IMG/VR virus record: IMGVR_UViG_3300043270_000042
Coordinates: 1 to 26,913 of that record
Length of the DNA stretch: 26,913 nucleotides
From: a virus
Lineage: Duplodnaviria > Caudoviricetes
Strand: one strand, 5' to 3'
Positions 1-7,795 of the stretch are shown piece by piece. The position numbers and the translations under genes are program-made. The notes under the pieces are model-generated. The model was not told where the DNA came from and did not search any database. It saw only the letters and a program-made list of their open reading frames with translations. Positions within the stretch are counted from its first letter, which is position 1. Every line of letters starts with the position of its first letter.

Positions 1-160
1 ACAGCGGTGCGGCCACGGCCAGCGGCTACAGCGGTGCGGCCACGGCCAGCGGCGACAGAGGTGCGGCCACGGCCAGCGGCGACAGCGGTGCGGCCACGGC
101 CAGCGGCTACAGCGGTGCGGCCACGGCCAGCGGCTACAGCGGTGCGGCCACGGCCAGCGG
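1..160 (+). repeat. 27-bp coding tandem repeat, about 6 copies (ACAGCGGTGCGGCCACGGCCAGCGGC[T/G])
   Basis: Units start at 1, 28, 55, 82, 109 and 136. Confidence 0.97.
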
Positions 161-356
161 ACCAAACAGCACCGCCTGCGCGCCGGGCCGCTACGGCATG
201 GCGCGAGGCAAAGAAGGCTGCGCGCTGTTCCTGACGCACCGCGACGACGAGTGGCGCATCACGCACGCACGAGCCGTCATCGTCGGTCAAGACGGCATCA
301 AGCCGGACGTGTTCTACAGCCTGTCGCAGACAGGCGAAGTTGTGGAGGCTGCATGA
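1..356 (+). CDS. 5'-truncated phage repeat protein with (Y/D)SGAATASG nonapeptide repeats (DUF7666-like); not in the ORF track
   Basis: Frame starting at base 3 reads SGAATASG-YSGAATASG-DRGAATASG...PNSTACAPGRYGMARGKEGCALFL...GQDGIKPDVFYSLSQTGEVVEAA, stop TGA 354-356 overlapping the next ATG at 353. The GIKPDVFYSL tail is typical of this phage family. Confidence 0.8.
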   Translation, partial: SGAATASGYSGAATASGDRGAATASGDSGAATASGYSGAATASGYSGAATASGPNSTACAPGRYGMARGKEGCALFLTHRDDEWRITHARAVIVGQDGIKPDVFYSLSQTGEVVEAA

Positions 357-637
357 CGATCATCTACGCCGAGTCGCGCTTCGCCGAAGCGCGCTCGACC
401 GACGCGCCCGAGCAGCTCGACGCCGACGGCTGGCCCACCACGCGCGTCTTCGCACGCTCGATGCACGGCGCGGCCGGGGCCTTCGCTCAGGACGCCGAGT
501 ACGCGAGCCCGATCACCTACGTTGGCCCGAGCCGTGCGGAGCGCTTGACCGACCTGCTGTGGTGGGCGGTGGGCGTGGGCGTGCTCGGCGCGCTCGTGCT
601 CGCGGTGCTGCAACTGCCGGAGGTATGGCAGCAGTGA
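353..637 (+). CDS. Hypothetical phage protein with C-terminal transmembrane helix
   Basis: ATGA overlap with upstream stop; MTIIYAESRF...LLWWAVGVGVLGALVLAVLQL. Confidence 0.7.
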   Translation: MTIIYAESRFAEARSTDAPEQLDADGWPTTRVFARSMHGAAGAFAQDAEYASPITYVGPSRAERLTDLLWWAVGVGVLGALVLAVLQLPEVWQQ

Positions 638-954
638 GTCGCGACCCACAGCATCAACACAACTGGCCCGGCACGCGCCCCGACCTGCGCCTCGTGCCCA
701 AGGGCGAAGCCGAGCGCGAGGAAGAACTCGTGACGAACCGCTCGCTGTCCGACTGGCATGCGGCGCCGATCTACACGCGCGCCAGCGACCGTGCAGCGCC
801 GTCGGGGCCGCGCCTAGCTCCGCTGCGCTCGCGCCCCGTGCCGGTGGGCGGCGGGGTGATGCGCAAGCTGCGGCTGGTGCTGCGGGACACGTGGCGCTTC
901 ATCGCTGGGCCAAGTGCGTTGATGCACCAGACGCGTCGAAGGGTCCGGCGATGA
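634..954 (+). CDS. Hypothetical phage protein
   Basis: GTGA overlap at 634-637 and ATGA overlap at 951-954; MSRDPQHQHNWPGTRPDLRLV. Confidence 0.6.
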   Translation: MSRDPQHQHNWPGTRPDLRLVPKGEAEREEELVTNRSLSDWHAAPIYTRASDRAAPSGPRLAPLRSRPVPVGGGVMRKLRLVLRDTWRFIAGPSALMHQTRRRVRR

Positions 955-1157
955 GTCGCGCGCGCGCCGCCTTCGACGCGGCATTCAACGTGCCGCGCGA
1001 TCCGCGCAGCTCTGCGTACCGCGCCCCCCGCCCCACGCGCCATCGCCTGAGCCGCCACCGCCTCGCTCGCATGCTGAGCGAGGCAACCGTTGCGCTGATC
1101 CCGCTGCTTGCGCTGGCGTTGATCGGCTGGGCCAAGTCGCAGGGGTGGATGCCGTGA
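951..1157 (+). CDS. Hypothetical phage protein with C-terminal hydrophobic segment
   Basis: 4-bp overlaps at both ends; MSRARAAFDAAFNVPRDPRS...VALIPLLALALIGW. Confidence 0.6.
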   Translation: MSRARAAFDAAFNVPRDPRSSAYRAPRPTRHRLSRHRLARMLSEATVALIPLLALALIGWAKSQGWMP

Positions 1158-1378
1158 ACGAAGACCGCTTGAACGTGGAAACCGCGATGACGATGGCGCG
1201 CGTCAACTGGTTGTCCGAGCCCATGCAGCAGGACATGCTCAACGTGCTGCGCCCGATCGGTGTTTCGCATGACATAGTGCGCCGTTTGGTGGGTCACGCG
1301 TTTGCCGCCGGCTACCACCGCGGCGCCATCGACGCGCTGACGATGGTGGACGAAGCGGCGAAGCGGAGTCAGTTATGA
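1154..1378 (+). CDS. Hypothetical phage protein
   Basis: GTGA and ATGA overlaps at both ends; MNEDRLNVETAM. Confidence 0.7.
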   Translation: MNEDRLNVETAMTMARVNWLSEPMQQDMLNVLRPIGVSHDIVRRLVGHAFAAGYHRGAIDALTMVDEAAKRSQL

Positions 1379-2250
1379 ACGCCGTTCTCAAGCCCGCGGC
1401 CGACGAATACGTGATCGACGACATGCCGATCAACGAGTACCACGCGCATCCCGCGCTGTCGAACACTGGTCTGCGCGACTTCGCGCGCTCGCCCCTGCAC
1501 TACCACGCATTGCACCTGGACGAGCAGCGCCCACGCCGCGAGCCGACCAGCTCGCAACTCATGGGCAACCTCGCGCACTGTCTCATCCTCGAACCCGACG
1601 AGTTCCACAAGCGCTACGCGGTCGGGCCGGTCAGCGATCGGCGCCTCAAGGCGTGGAAGGAGTGGGAGGAAGCGCAGCCCAAGGGCCTGACACTCATCAA
1701 GCCCGACGAGTACGACATCGCGCAAGCGCAGGCGCTGTCGGTGCGCTCGATCACCGACGTGGCCGCGATCCTTGCCAAAGGCAAGGCCGAGCGCTCGGCC
1801 TTCTGGCGCGACCCGACCACCGGCGTGCTGTGCCGCTGCCGGCCAGACTGGACGCACGTCTGCGGCACGAGCGATCATCCGGCGGCCGTGCTGCTGGACG
1901 TGAAGACCTGCGGCGACGCATCGCCATCTGGCTTCGTGCGCCAAATCGCGCGCATGGAGTACCAGTACCAGGACGCGTGGTACACAGAAGGCTACGCGCG
2001 CGCGGCCGGCGTCGAGGTCATGGGCTTCGTGTTCGTGGCCGTCGAAGACGCGTGGCCTTTCGCCGCGTGCGCCGTGATGCTGACCGACGAAGAACGTGCC
2101 GCTGCGGCCGTCGAGAACCGCGCACTGCTGGCGCGCTTCGCCGAGTGTCAACGCACCGACACCTGGCCGGGCTACAGCGCCGGCATCGAGATCGTGCAAC
2201 TGCCGCGCTGGGCATCAGCGCAAAACCAACCTGAGAGCGACAAGCAATGA
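1375..2250 (+). CDS. RecE/exonuclease VIII-like PD-(D/E)XK nuclease (DUF3799 type)
   Basis: YHAHPALSNTGL, GNLAHCLILEP, CRCRPDW, LLDVKT, YQYQDAWY, FVFVAVE motifs; directly upstream of recT. Confidence 0.92.
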   Translation: MNAVLKPAADEYVIDDMPINEYHAHPALSNTGLRDFARSPLHYHALHLDEQRPRREPTSSQLMGNLAHCLILEPDEFHKRYAVGPVSDRRLKAWKEWEEAQPKGLTLIKPDEYDIAQAQALSVRSITDVAAILAKGKAERSAFWRDPTTGVLCRCRPDWTHVCGTSDHPAAVLLDVKTCGDASPSGFVRQIARMEYQYQDAWYTEGYARAAGVEVMGFVFVAVEDAWPFAACAVMLTDEERAAAAVENRALLARFAECQRTDTWPGYSAGIEIVQLPRWASAQNQPESDKQ

Positions 2251-3269
2251 CCACCACCAGCCTGGACAAGATCACCGCGGGCGACAAGCCGGCATCGGCC
2301 GTGGCCGCCTTCTCGAAGTTCATGGACAAGCTCAAGCCGCAACTCGCGCTTGCGCTGCCCAAGCACATGAACGCCGACCGCATGACGCGTCTGGCCTTGA
2401 CCGCGTTTTCGTCGAACCGCGACTTGCAAGAATGCAGCTCGCAGAGCATCGCCGGCTCGATCATGACGGCCGCGCAACTCGGCCTGGAACCCGGCATCAA
2501 CGGCCAGGGCTACCTGATCCCGTACAAGGGCACCTGCACCTTCGTACCAGGCTGGAAAGGCTTGGTGGACTTGGTCGCGCGCAGCGGTCGCGCCACCGTC
2601 TGGACCGGCGTGGTCTTCAAGGACGACGGCGACCAGTTCGAGTACGAGTTGGGTGACGCGCCGTTCTGCAAGCACAAGCCGTCCGACGAGCCGTACCCCG
2701 ACGGCGCGCAGTGGACGCATGTGTACGCCATCGGCCGCGTGAAGGACGCGGCGCTGCCCGTCATCGAGGTCTGGAGCCGCGCCAAGGTCAACAAGCACCT
2801 GAAGCAGTACAACAAGGTCGGTGGCCGTCACTACGCGCTGGCCAACGACAACAACTTCGAGATGTACGGCCGCAAGGTCGCGCTCCTGCAGGTGCTCAAG
2901 TACGTGCCGTCAAGCATCGAGCTGCAGAACGCGATCAGCGTGTCCAACGCCACCGACCAGGGCCTGAACGCCGTGATCGACGGCGACTTCGTCACCGTTC
3001 GGCCCGATCCAGAGTCTGTCGATCCCAGCACAGGCGAGATCACGTCCACCGACACAGCGACCGATGCCAAGGGCGCCGTCGCCAAGAAAGGAGCGAAGCC
3101 TGCATTCGACTTCGCAACAGCGATCAAGCGCGCGAAGGAGGCCAAGGATCGCGAAATCCTGCATCTGATGGCCGACGAGTGGCGCGACCTGCCCGATGGC
3201 GACGACAAGGATCAGTTGATTTCGGCCTTCCGCGCGCGTGACGCCGAGCTGGCGCAGGAGGGCAAGTGA
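2247..3269 (+). CDS. recT: RecT-family single-strand annealing recombinase
   Basis: LALALPKHMNADRMTRLALT, SIMTAAQLGLEPG, GQGYLIPY, PGWKGLVDLVARSG, EMYGRKVALLQVLKYVPSSIE. Confidence 0.95.
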   Translation: MTTTSLDKITAGDKPASAVAAFSKFMDKLKPQLALALPKHMNADRMTRLALTAFSSNRDLQECSSQSIAGSIMTAAQLGLEPGINGQGYLIPYKGTCTFVPGWKGLVDLVARSGRATVWTGVVFKDDGDQFEYELGDAPFCKHKPSDEPYPDGAQWTHVYAIGRVKDAALPVIEVWSRAKVNKHLKQYNKVGGRHYALANDNNFEMYGRKVALLQVLKYVPSSIELQNAISVSNATDQGLNAVIDGDFVTVRPDPESVDPSTGEITSTDTATDAKGAVAKKGAKPAFDFATAIKRAKEAKDREILHLMADEWRDLPDGDDKDQLISAFRARDAELAQEGK

Positions 3270-3478
3270 TGACTGCTGCGAACCGCATCTACATCGTCAC
3301 CACGCGCGTTGCAGCGCCCGCCGATGCGCCGCGCCTTGTGCGCGCCGTCAGCGCGGCTCAGGCGCTGCGCCACGTCGCGCAGGTCTACCAGGCCACTGTC
3401 GCCAGCCAGGACGACCTGATCGAGCACGTCGGCAAGGGCGTGAAGGTCGAGGACGCCACCAACACCACCACCGACTGA
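3266..3478 (+). CDS. Small hypothetical phage protein
   Basis: Overlaps the recT stop; RIYIV...RLVRAVSAAQALRHVA...VASQDDLI...GVKVEDA. Start could be 3269. Confidence 0.8.
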   Translation: MMTAANRIYIVTTRVAAPADAPRLVRAVSAAQALRHVAQVYQATVASQDDLIEHVGKGVKVEDATNTTTD

Positions 3479-3487
3479 AGGGCAACC

Positions 3488-4069
3488 ATGTTCGAGATCC
3501 GCTCCACCACCAGCCACACCCTCGTTCACAGCCAGTCGCGCATCGAGATCCACGGCGACAAGAAGGTGCCCGCGCTGGACGTTCGCCTGCGATTGAAGGC
3601 GTCGAACCACGCGCTGGACTTGGTGTGCCCCGGCCTGCGCGAAGCGCTCATGGTCAAGGGCCAGCCCGACGTGAAGCCCGTTGACGCGCAGGGCAAGCTC
3701 AATCTGAACGTGGACGAGCGCGGCAAGCTCGCGTTTCCGTCGATGAAGTACCCGCTCAAATTCGGCGCCGAGCACCAAGGGCACACCCTCGAAGTCGAGC
3801 ACGGCACCAAGGACAAGCTCAGGCTGACGCTGTGCAAGGTACACAACTTTCAGATCACGCCCGTGCCCGGCGGGAGCTGCGAGATCGAGTACACCGTCAG
3901 CAGCAACGCCGACATCGACGAGCACCTGATCGGCGCTTTCGGCGTCAAGGCGCAGACCAACGTGGCGCTCACGCTCAAGGCTGCGGAGGTTCAGCAGGAA
4001 GACCTCATCGACGGCAAGAAGCGCAAGGGCAGGACGCCGGAGCAGGCGTTTGCGCAGACGCAGCCGTGA
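3488..4069 (+). CDS. Hypothetical phage protein
   Basis: GAAGGG upstream of ATG; 193 aa with phage-like codon usage. Confidence 0.8.
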   Translation: MFEIRSTTSHTLVHSQSRIEIHGDKKVPALDVRLRLKASNHALDLVCPGLREALMVKGQPDVKPVDAQGKLNLNVDERGKLAFPSMKYPLKFGAEHQGHTLEVEHGTKDKLRLTLCKVHNFQITPVPGGSCEIEYTVSSNADIDEHLIGAFGVKAQTNVALTLKAAEVQQEDLIDGKKRKGRTPEQAFAQTQP

Positions 4070-4257
4070 AGCCCCTGACCACGCGCCTTCGCGCAGCGGT
4101 AGCCCTGCTGCGCAACGACCGGAGCGGCTTCGCCGACGCCAAGCGCCAGCACCCGGATGGCACGTTCACCACGTACGCGCAGCACGAGTTGGCGAAGTAC
4201 GACGCGGCCATAGCGGCGGTGCAAGAGGCGATCAAGAGCGTGAAGGACGGCGCGTGA
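4066..4257 (+). CDS. Hypothetical phage protein
   Basis: GTGA overlaps at both ends; MKPLTTRLRAAVALLRND. Confidence 0.65.
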   Translation: MKPLTTRLRAAVALLRNDRSGFADAKRQHPDGTFTTYAQHELAKYDAAIAAVQEAIKSVKDGA

Positions 4258-4466
4258 CCGACCGCGCCTACACTCTCTCCGAGCAGATCGCCGAGCTGCG
4301 GCGCGAGCTGGGCCTGCGCCTGCGGGTGTACAGCCGCTGGGTGTCGGACGGCCGCATGACGCAGGCGCAATGCGACGAGCACATCGGCCGCATGCAGGCT
4401 GCGTTGAATACGCTCGAAGCCCTGCGCGATGAAGACGAGGAGCGGCGCGCGCCGCGTTTACTGTGA
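4254..4466 (+). CDS. Hypothetical phage protein
   Basis: GTGA overlaps; MTDRAYTLSEQIAELRRELGLRLRVYSRWV...RMQAALNTL. Confidence 0.75.
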   Translation: MTDRAYTLSEQIAELRRELGLRLRVYSRWVSDGRMTQAQCDEHIGRMQAALNTLEALRDEDEERRAPRLL

Positions 4467-5110
4467 CCAAGACCCCCGACCTTGGCGCCCCGCCCATCGA
4501 CCTGAACGACGCGCGGCAGTGGCTGGCAGCACGCGCTGGGGCTGATGCCGCAGTGGTGGTGTACGACCCGCCCTATGCGGTAGGCACGCCAGTGAGAGGC
4601 AAGGACGACGGGGCGGCAGGCAGCGTGTTCGCGCCGTTTGGGTTCTTGCACGAGACGCTGCGGGCTTCACGCGATGCACTGCGCGATGGAGGCGTGGTGC
4701 TGGTGTTCGCCGACTGGCGGCGCATGGCTGACATGGGCTACCTGTGTTCCACGGTTGGCCTACGGCCTTCGACTTGCGTGGCGTGGGTGCGCAAACGACC
4801 TGGCACTGGCGGGCTGCTGCGCAGCGCGTGGGATCCGATTCTGATTGCTTCGCGCGGCGTGCCGGATGCTGTGGACCGGGCGGCGGTGCGCAACGTGATC
4901 GAAGCGGACTACCCGGCGAAGCGGACTCACCCTTACGGCAAGCCGCCGCAGATTTTCGAGACGCTGTTCCCCCGCGTGTGCGTCGAGGGCGATCTGGTGC
5001 TGGACCCGTTCGCCGGAAGTGGCGTGACGCGCGATGTGGCGGCGCACCTTGGCCTACGCTGGGCAGGGTGCGACATAGACCCTTCGCACGCGGAAACCGC
5101 GTCAGCCTGA
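4463..5110 (+). CDS. DNA N6-adenine/N4-cytosine methyltransferase, beta class
   Basis: Catalytic DPPY near the N-terminus, HPYGKP, SAM-binding VLDPFAGSG, then GCDID. Confidence 0.92.
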   Translation: MTKTPDLGAPPIDLNDARQWLAARAGADAAVVVYDPPYAVGTPVRGKDDGAAGSVFAPFGFLHETLRASRDALRDGGVVLVFADWRRMADMGYLCSTVGLRPSTCVAWVRKRPGTGGLLRSAWDPILIASRGVPDAVDRAAVRNVIEADYPAKRTHPYGKPPQIFETLFPRVCVEGDLVLDPFAGSGVTRDVAAHLGLRWAGCDIDPSHAETASA

Positions 5111-5169
5111 TGGCCGCGATGGTGATAGCGATGATGGTCGGCGAACAAAGGCAAGAAATGGTGCACGCG

Positions 5170-5493
5170 ATGACGCCCCTAAGTTTTGATCCAACCACGG
5201 CGCGCGAAGTTACTGGAGACGCGGAAGCAAGGGCGATAGAAGCCAAGGCCCGCGCCGACGCTGACGAACAGACGTTTTGTCCTCCGGCCACAAACGGCGG
5301 TGAGACGTATTGGGGCCAAGTGCAGGCGGCGATGCGGCTTATCGTTTACCGAGAGCAATACACGAAGCGCATGTCCAGGAACGAGCGCAAGAAGACGCCG
5401 AACGTGGAGTTGAGCCGCAAGGACGACTACGAGTTGTACCGCGCGCTGGAAGAGAGGCTGAGCGACGTGGACGAGCGGAATCCGCAACGATGA
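5170..5493 (+). CDS. Hypothetical protein, probably chimeric (reads through half-site A)
   Basis: MTPLSFDPTTAREV...KKTPNVELSR then KDDYELYRAL; alternative start at 5110; ATGA overlap with next gene. Confidence 0.6.
   Translation: MTPLSFDPTTAREVTGDAEARAIEAKARADADEQTFCPPATNGGETYWGQVQAAMRLIVYREQYTKRMSRNERKKTPNVELSRKDDYELYRALEERLSDVDERNPQR
5397..5418 (-). other. attC-like half-site A (L'-R' arm only)
   Basis: Minus strand GCGGCTCAAC-TCCAC-GTTCGGC; 5401-5418 is an exact 18-bp copy of 7700-7717 in site D; no partner arm seen. Confidence 0.65.
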
Positions 5494-5822
5494 GCGCCCT
5501 TCTTCAGCGCCTGCGCGACAAGCGCGACCTGTGCGCCTCGGAGCACGCGAGCGACATTGCGAACCTGCTGCACGAGGCGGTGCTGCACATCACGGCACTG
5601 CAGCAGCGAGCCGACGACGGCGATCGATGCCGCGATGCCCTGCGCGACCTCGTGGATGCGTACCGCGCGATGCCGGACGGCGAACTCGGGCGCGGGCTCA
5701 GCAACGGGCTGTTCCTGCGTGCCGAGGCGCTCTTGCAGCCCTTGCCGGCTGTTGTGGGGTCCGATTCGCCGAACGGGCCGGTTAACCTGACCACAAGGGC
5801 AGCAAACGAACTTGGAAGCTGA
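5490..5822 (+). CDS. Hypothetical phage protein ending inside attC-like site B
   Basis: MSALLQRLRDKRDLC...DSPNGPVNLTTRAANELGS. Confidence 0.7.
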   Translation: MSALLQRLRDKRDLCASEHASDIANLLHEAVLHITALQQRADDGDRCRDALRDLVDAYRAMPDGELGRGLSNGLFLRAEALLQPLPAVVGSDSPNGPVNLTTRAANELGS

Positions 5823-5863
5823 GGAAATGCAGCCTGCCCTTGTGGGTCAACCGGGTGTTGGGC
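5768..5863 (-). other. attC-like site B (96 bp, L'' box damaged)
   Basis: Minus strand GCCCAAC-ACCCG-GTTGACCCACAAGGGCAG...CTGCCCTTGTGGTCA-GGTTAAC-CGGCCC-GTTCGGC; 10-bp perfect inner stem ACAAGGGCAG/CTGCCCTTGT. Confidence 0.75.
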
Positions 5864-6411
5864 TTCACCGCGAGGCGTTGCCCCGCGTGTTGGACCCGTG
5901 CTGTGGCAGCCGGATGATGTGGTTCGACCCGCAGCACCCGGACGCACTTTTCGGCGACCGGCGCGCGGAGACGCTGACCGTGACCGACAACAGCCGAGGC
6001 AACGCCAGCGGCGTGCGCACGATCCGCATTGAGCCCGACACGCTGCTGGACTTCCGCGCGCTGCCGTACCCGGACGGATCGTTCAAGCTGGTGGCGTTCG
6101 ATCCGCCGCACCTTGTGCATGCCGGCCCGCGCTCGTGGCTGGCGGCGAAGTACGGGCGCCTGAGCGAGAACTGGCGCGACGATTTGCGGCAGGGCTTTGC
6201 GGAGTGTTTCCGCGTACTGGCCAGCGACGGCGTGCTGGTGTTCAAGTGGAACGAGACACAGGTGAAGGTGCGCGAGGTGCTGGCACTGACGCCGCATCAG
6301 CCACTGTTCGGGCACAAGAGCGGAAAGAAGGCCGGCACGCACTGGCTGGTGTTCATGAAGCCGACCGTCGGCGGTAACCGGCTTGCGCCCACCAGAAGCA
6401 ACGATGAATGA
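5827..6411 (+). CDS. Phage class I SAM-dependent methyltransferase with DPPH motif (probable DNA amino-methyltransferase)
   Basis: VLDPCCGSRMMWFD, DFRALPYPDGSFKLVAFDPPHL, GFAECFRVL, GVLVFKWNE, THWLVFMK. Start inside site B (ATG 5827 or TTG 5812), stop inside site C. Confidence 0.88.
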   Translation: MQPALVGQPGVGLHREALPRVLDPCCGSRMMWFDPQHPDALFGDRRAETLTVTDNSRGNASGVRTIRIEPDTLLDFRALPYPDGSFKLVAFDPPHLVHAGPRSWLAAKYGRLSENWRDDLRQGFAECFRVLASDGVLVFKWNETQVKVREVLALTPHQPLFGHKSGKKAGTHWLVFMKPTVGGNRLAPTRSNDE

Positions 6412-6452
6412 CGACCTTGCCGGCGCAAGTCCGGTTGACCAACCAGTTCGGC
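6360..6452 (-). other. attC-like site C (93 bp, R' core GTT changed to GGT)
   Basis: Minus strand GCCGAAC-TGGTT-GGT[C]AACCGG[A]CTTGCGCC...GGCGCAAGCCGGTTACC-GCCGAC-GGTCGGC; 5-nt and 6-nt spacers and both canonical unpaired bases. Confidence 0.85.
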
Positions 6453-6714
6453 CTCAACGCTCTGAGGCGGGTCTGGCAACAGCGACACCGAGCCATGCCC
6501 GAACGGCTGCGGCCCGCTGTGGCCTGTGACCTGGGAGCAGGAAGCACGCGAGGGCTACAAGCTGGCCGAAGACCTGTTTGAGCGCGCAAAGCGCGCCGAG
6601 GATGCGCTGCGCGATCACACCGATGCACGCCTACTACAACGAGATCGATCCCTACGCAGCGCAGTGGCTGCGGAACCTGATTGCGCGCGGCCTGATCGCG
6701 CCTGGCGACGTTGA
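6404..6714 (+). pseudogene. Frameshifted or deleted phage gene remnant
   Basis: ATG 6404 inside site C gives MNDDLAGASPVDQPVRP and stops early. A more protein-like segment (SGNSDTEPCPNGCGPLWPVTWEQEAREGYKLAEDLFERAKRAEDAL) sits in another frame after TGA 6463-6465 with no good start. Confidence 0.55.
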
Positions 6715-7720
6715 CGAACGCAGCATTTTGGAAGTGAGCCGCGATGACTTGCGAGACTACACACAGTGCCACTTCTTCGCCGGCCTCGGCGGTTGGAGCT
6801 ACGCCCTGCGGCTCGCAGGCTGGCCCGATGACCGACCTGTTTGGACAGGCTCTTGCCCCTGCCAGCCGTTCAGCACCGCGGGCAAGCAGCGTGGCAGCGA
6901 AGATGAGCGCCACCTATGGCCTGCGTTCTTCGACCTCATCCGCGAGCGCCGCCCTGCAAGCGTGTTTGGCGAGCAGGTTGCCGGAGCTGCTGGACTCGCG
7001 TGGCTCGATCATGTTTGCGCTGACCTGGAAGGCGCAGGTTACGCCGCTGCGGCGGCGAATCTGTGCGCTGCTGGCGCAGGGGCACCGCACATCAGGCAGC
7101 GGCTCTACTGGGTGGCCCACGCCGAACACGCCGAGCGGCGGACGTTCGATGTCGATCAACAAAATGGATGCGACGGGCCGAACGGTAGACGGCAAGAAGC
7201 ACACGGCGTCGCTCGAACATGCGGTGAAGTTCGCGGGCTGGCCGACGCCGATGGCTGGAACGCCAGCGCAGAACGGCAACAACGCGGCGGGGAACAACGA
7301 CTGCAGCCGCAAGACGGTGGAGCTTGCCTCCTGGGCGACGCCGGCGACGAGGGACTGGAAATCGAACGAAGGTTCCCCGGAGTTTCACGCGGCGCGAGCG
7401 GATCAGGCGAGGGGCAAGCCGCTGAGCGAACAAGCGCATCAACTCGTGGGGTGGGCAGCGCCAGTGATTCGGGACCACAGAAACAGCATGGGAGACGGCA
7501 CGAACCAGCGCGACCTTCCGAGACAGACCGCCTTGCTGCTTGGGCCGACCTCGAATGGCTCGCGTGCAGCGACGGAAAAGCCCGGCCAACTCAACCCGGC
7601 CTTTTCCCGCTGGCTCATGGGATACCCAACAGAATGGGACGACTGCGCGCCTACGGCAACGCGATCGTCCCGCAAGTCGCGGCCGTCTTCGTGATGGCTA
7701 ACGTGGAGTTGAGCCGCTGA
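6623..7720 (+). CDS. DNA (cytosine-5) methyltransferase, alpha polypeptide (motifs I-VIII and X)
   Basis: HFFAGLGGW (I), GSCPCQPFS (IV), FGEQV (VI), PHIRQRLYW (VIII), [14 protein letters not shown] (X); stop inside site D. Confidence 0.92.
   Translation: MHAYYNEIDPYAAQWLRNLIARGLIAPGDVDERSILEVSRDDLRDYTQCHFFAGLGGWSYALRLAGWPDDRPVWTGSCPCQPFSTAGKQRGSEDERHLWPAFFDLIRERRPASVFGEQVAGAAGLAWLDHVCADLEGAGYAAAAANLCAAGAGAPHIRQRLYWVAHAEHAERRTFDVDQQNGCDGPNGRRQEAHGVARTCGEVRGLADADGWNASAERQQRGGEQRLQPQDGGACLLGDAGDEGLEIERRFPGVSRGASGSGEGQAAERTSASTRGVGSASDSGPQKQHGRRHEPARPSETDRLAAWADLEWLACSDGKARPTQPGLFPLAHGIPNRMGRLRAYGNAIVPQVAAVFVMANVELSR
6744..7694 (+). CDS. Nested alternative-frame beta polypeptide of the C5 methyltransferase (motif IX, WPTP repeats); true start probably downstream of 6744
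   Basis: 316-codon open frame within alpha; four W-(P/A)-(T/A)-P repeats; [18 protein letters not shown] resembles motif IX, which is missing from the alpha frame. Confidence 0.75.
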   Translation: MTCETTHSATSSPASAVGATPCGSQAGPMTDLFGQALAPASRSAPRASSVAAKMSATYGLRSSTSSASAALQACLASRLPELLDSRGSIMFALTWKAQVTPLRRRICALLAQGHRTSGSGSTGWPTPNTPSGGRSMSINKMDATGRTVDGKKHTASLEHAVKFAGWPTPMAGTPAQNGNNAAGNNDCSRKTVELASWATPATRDWKSNEGSPEFHAARADQARGKPLSEQAHQLVGWAAPVIRDHRNSMGDGTNQRDLPRQTALLLGPTSNGSRAATEKPGQLNPAFSRWLMGYPTEWDDCAPTATRSSRKSRPSS

Positions 7721-7795
7721 CGGCGGCGCTACAGGAGTATGAAGATGGAACAAACTTCCCCGCCGACCGCAGTCGGCTCGAACGCAGGGTTAGGC
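7696..7795 (-). other. attC-like site D (100 bp, apparently intact)
   Basis: Minus strand GCCTAAC-CCTGC-GTT[C]GAGCCG[A]CTGCGGTCGGCG...CGCCGCCGTCAGCGGCTCAAC-TCCAC-GTTAGCC; perfect RYYYAAC, GTT core and both unpaired bases. Confidence 0.9.

Noticed and set aside
1-160. 27-bp repeats as a CRISPR array
   Set aside because: Units are contiguous with no unique spacers, and they encode an in-frame peptide repeat.
634-1157. Possible chimeric small ORFs upstream of the RecE-like gene
   Set aside because: The impression of fused halves rests on recollection of homologs only; no repeat or attC-like scar is visible.
5130-5190. GGCGAAC...GTTTTGA as a further attC-like site
   Set aside because: No L boxes or inner stem could be paired.
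5768-7795. Hairpins B, C and D as rho-independent terminators or REP elements
   Set aside because: No U-tracts, ORFs read through them, and their box, spacer and bulge geometry fits attC better.
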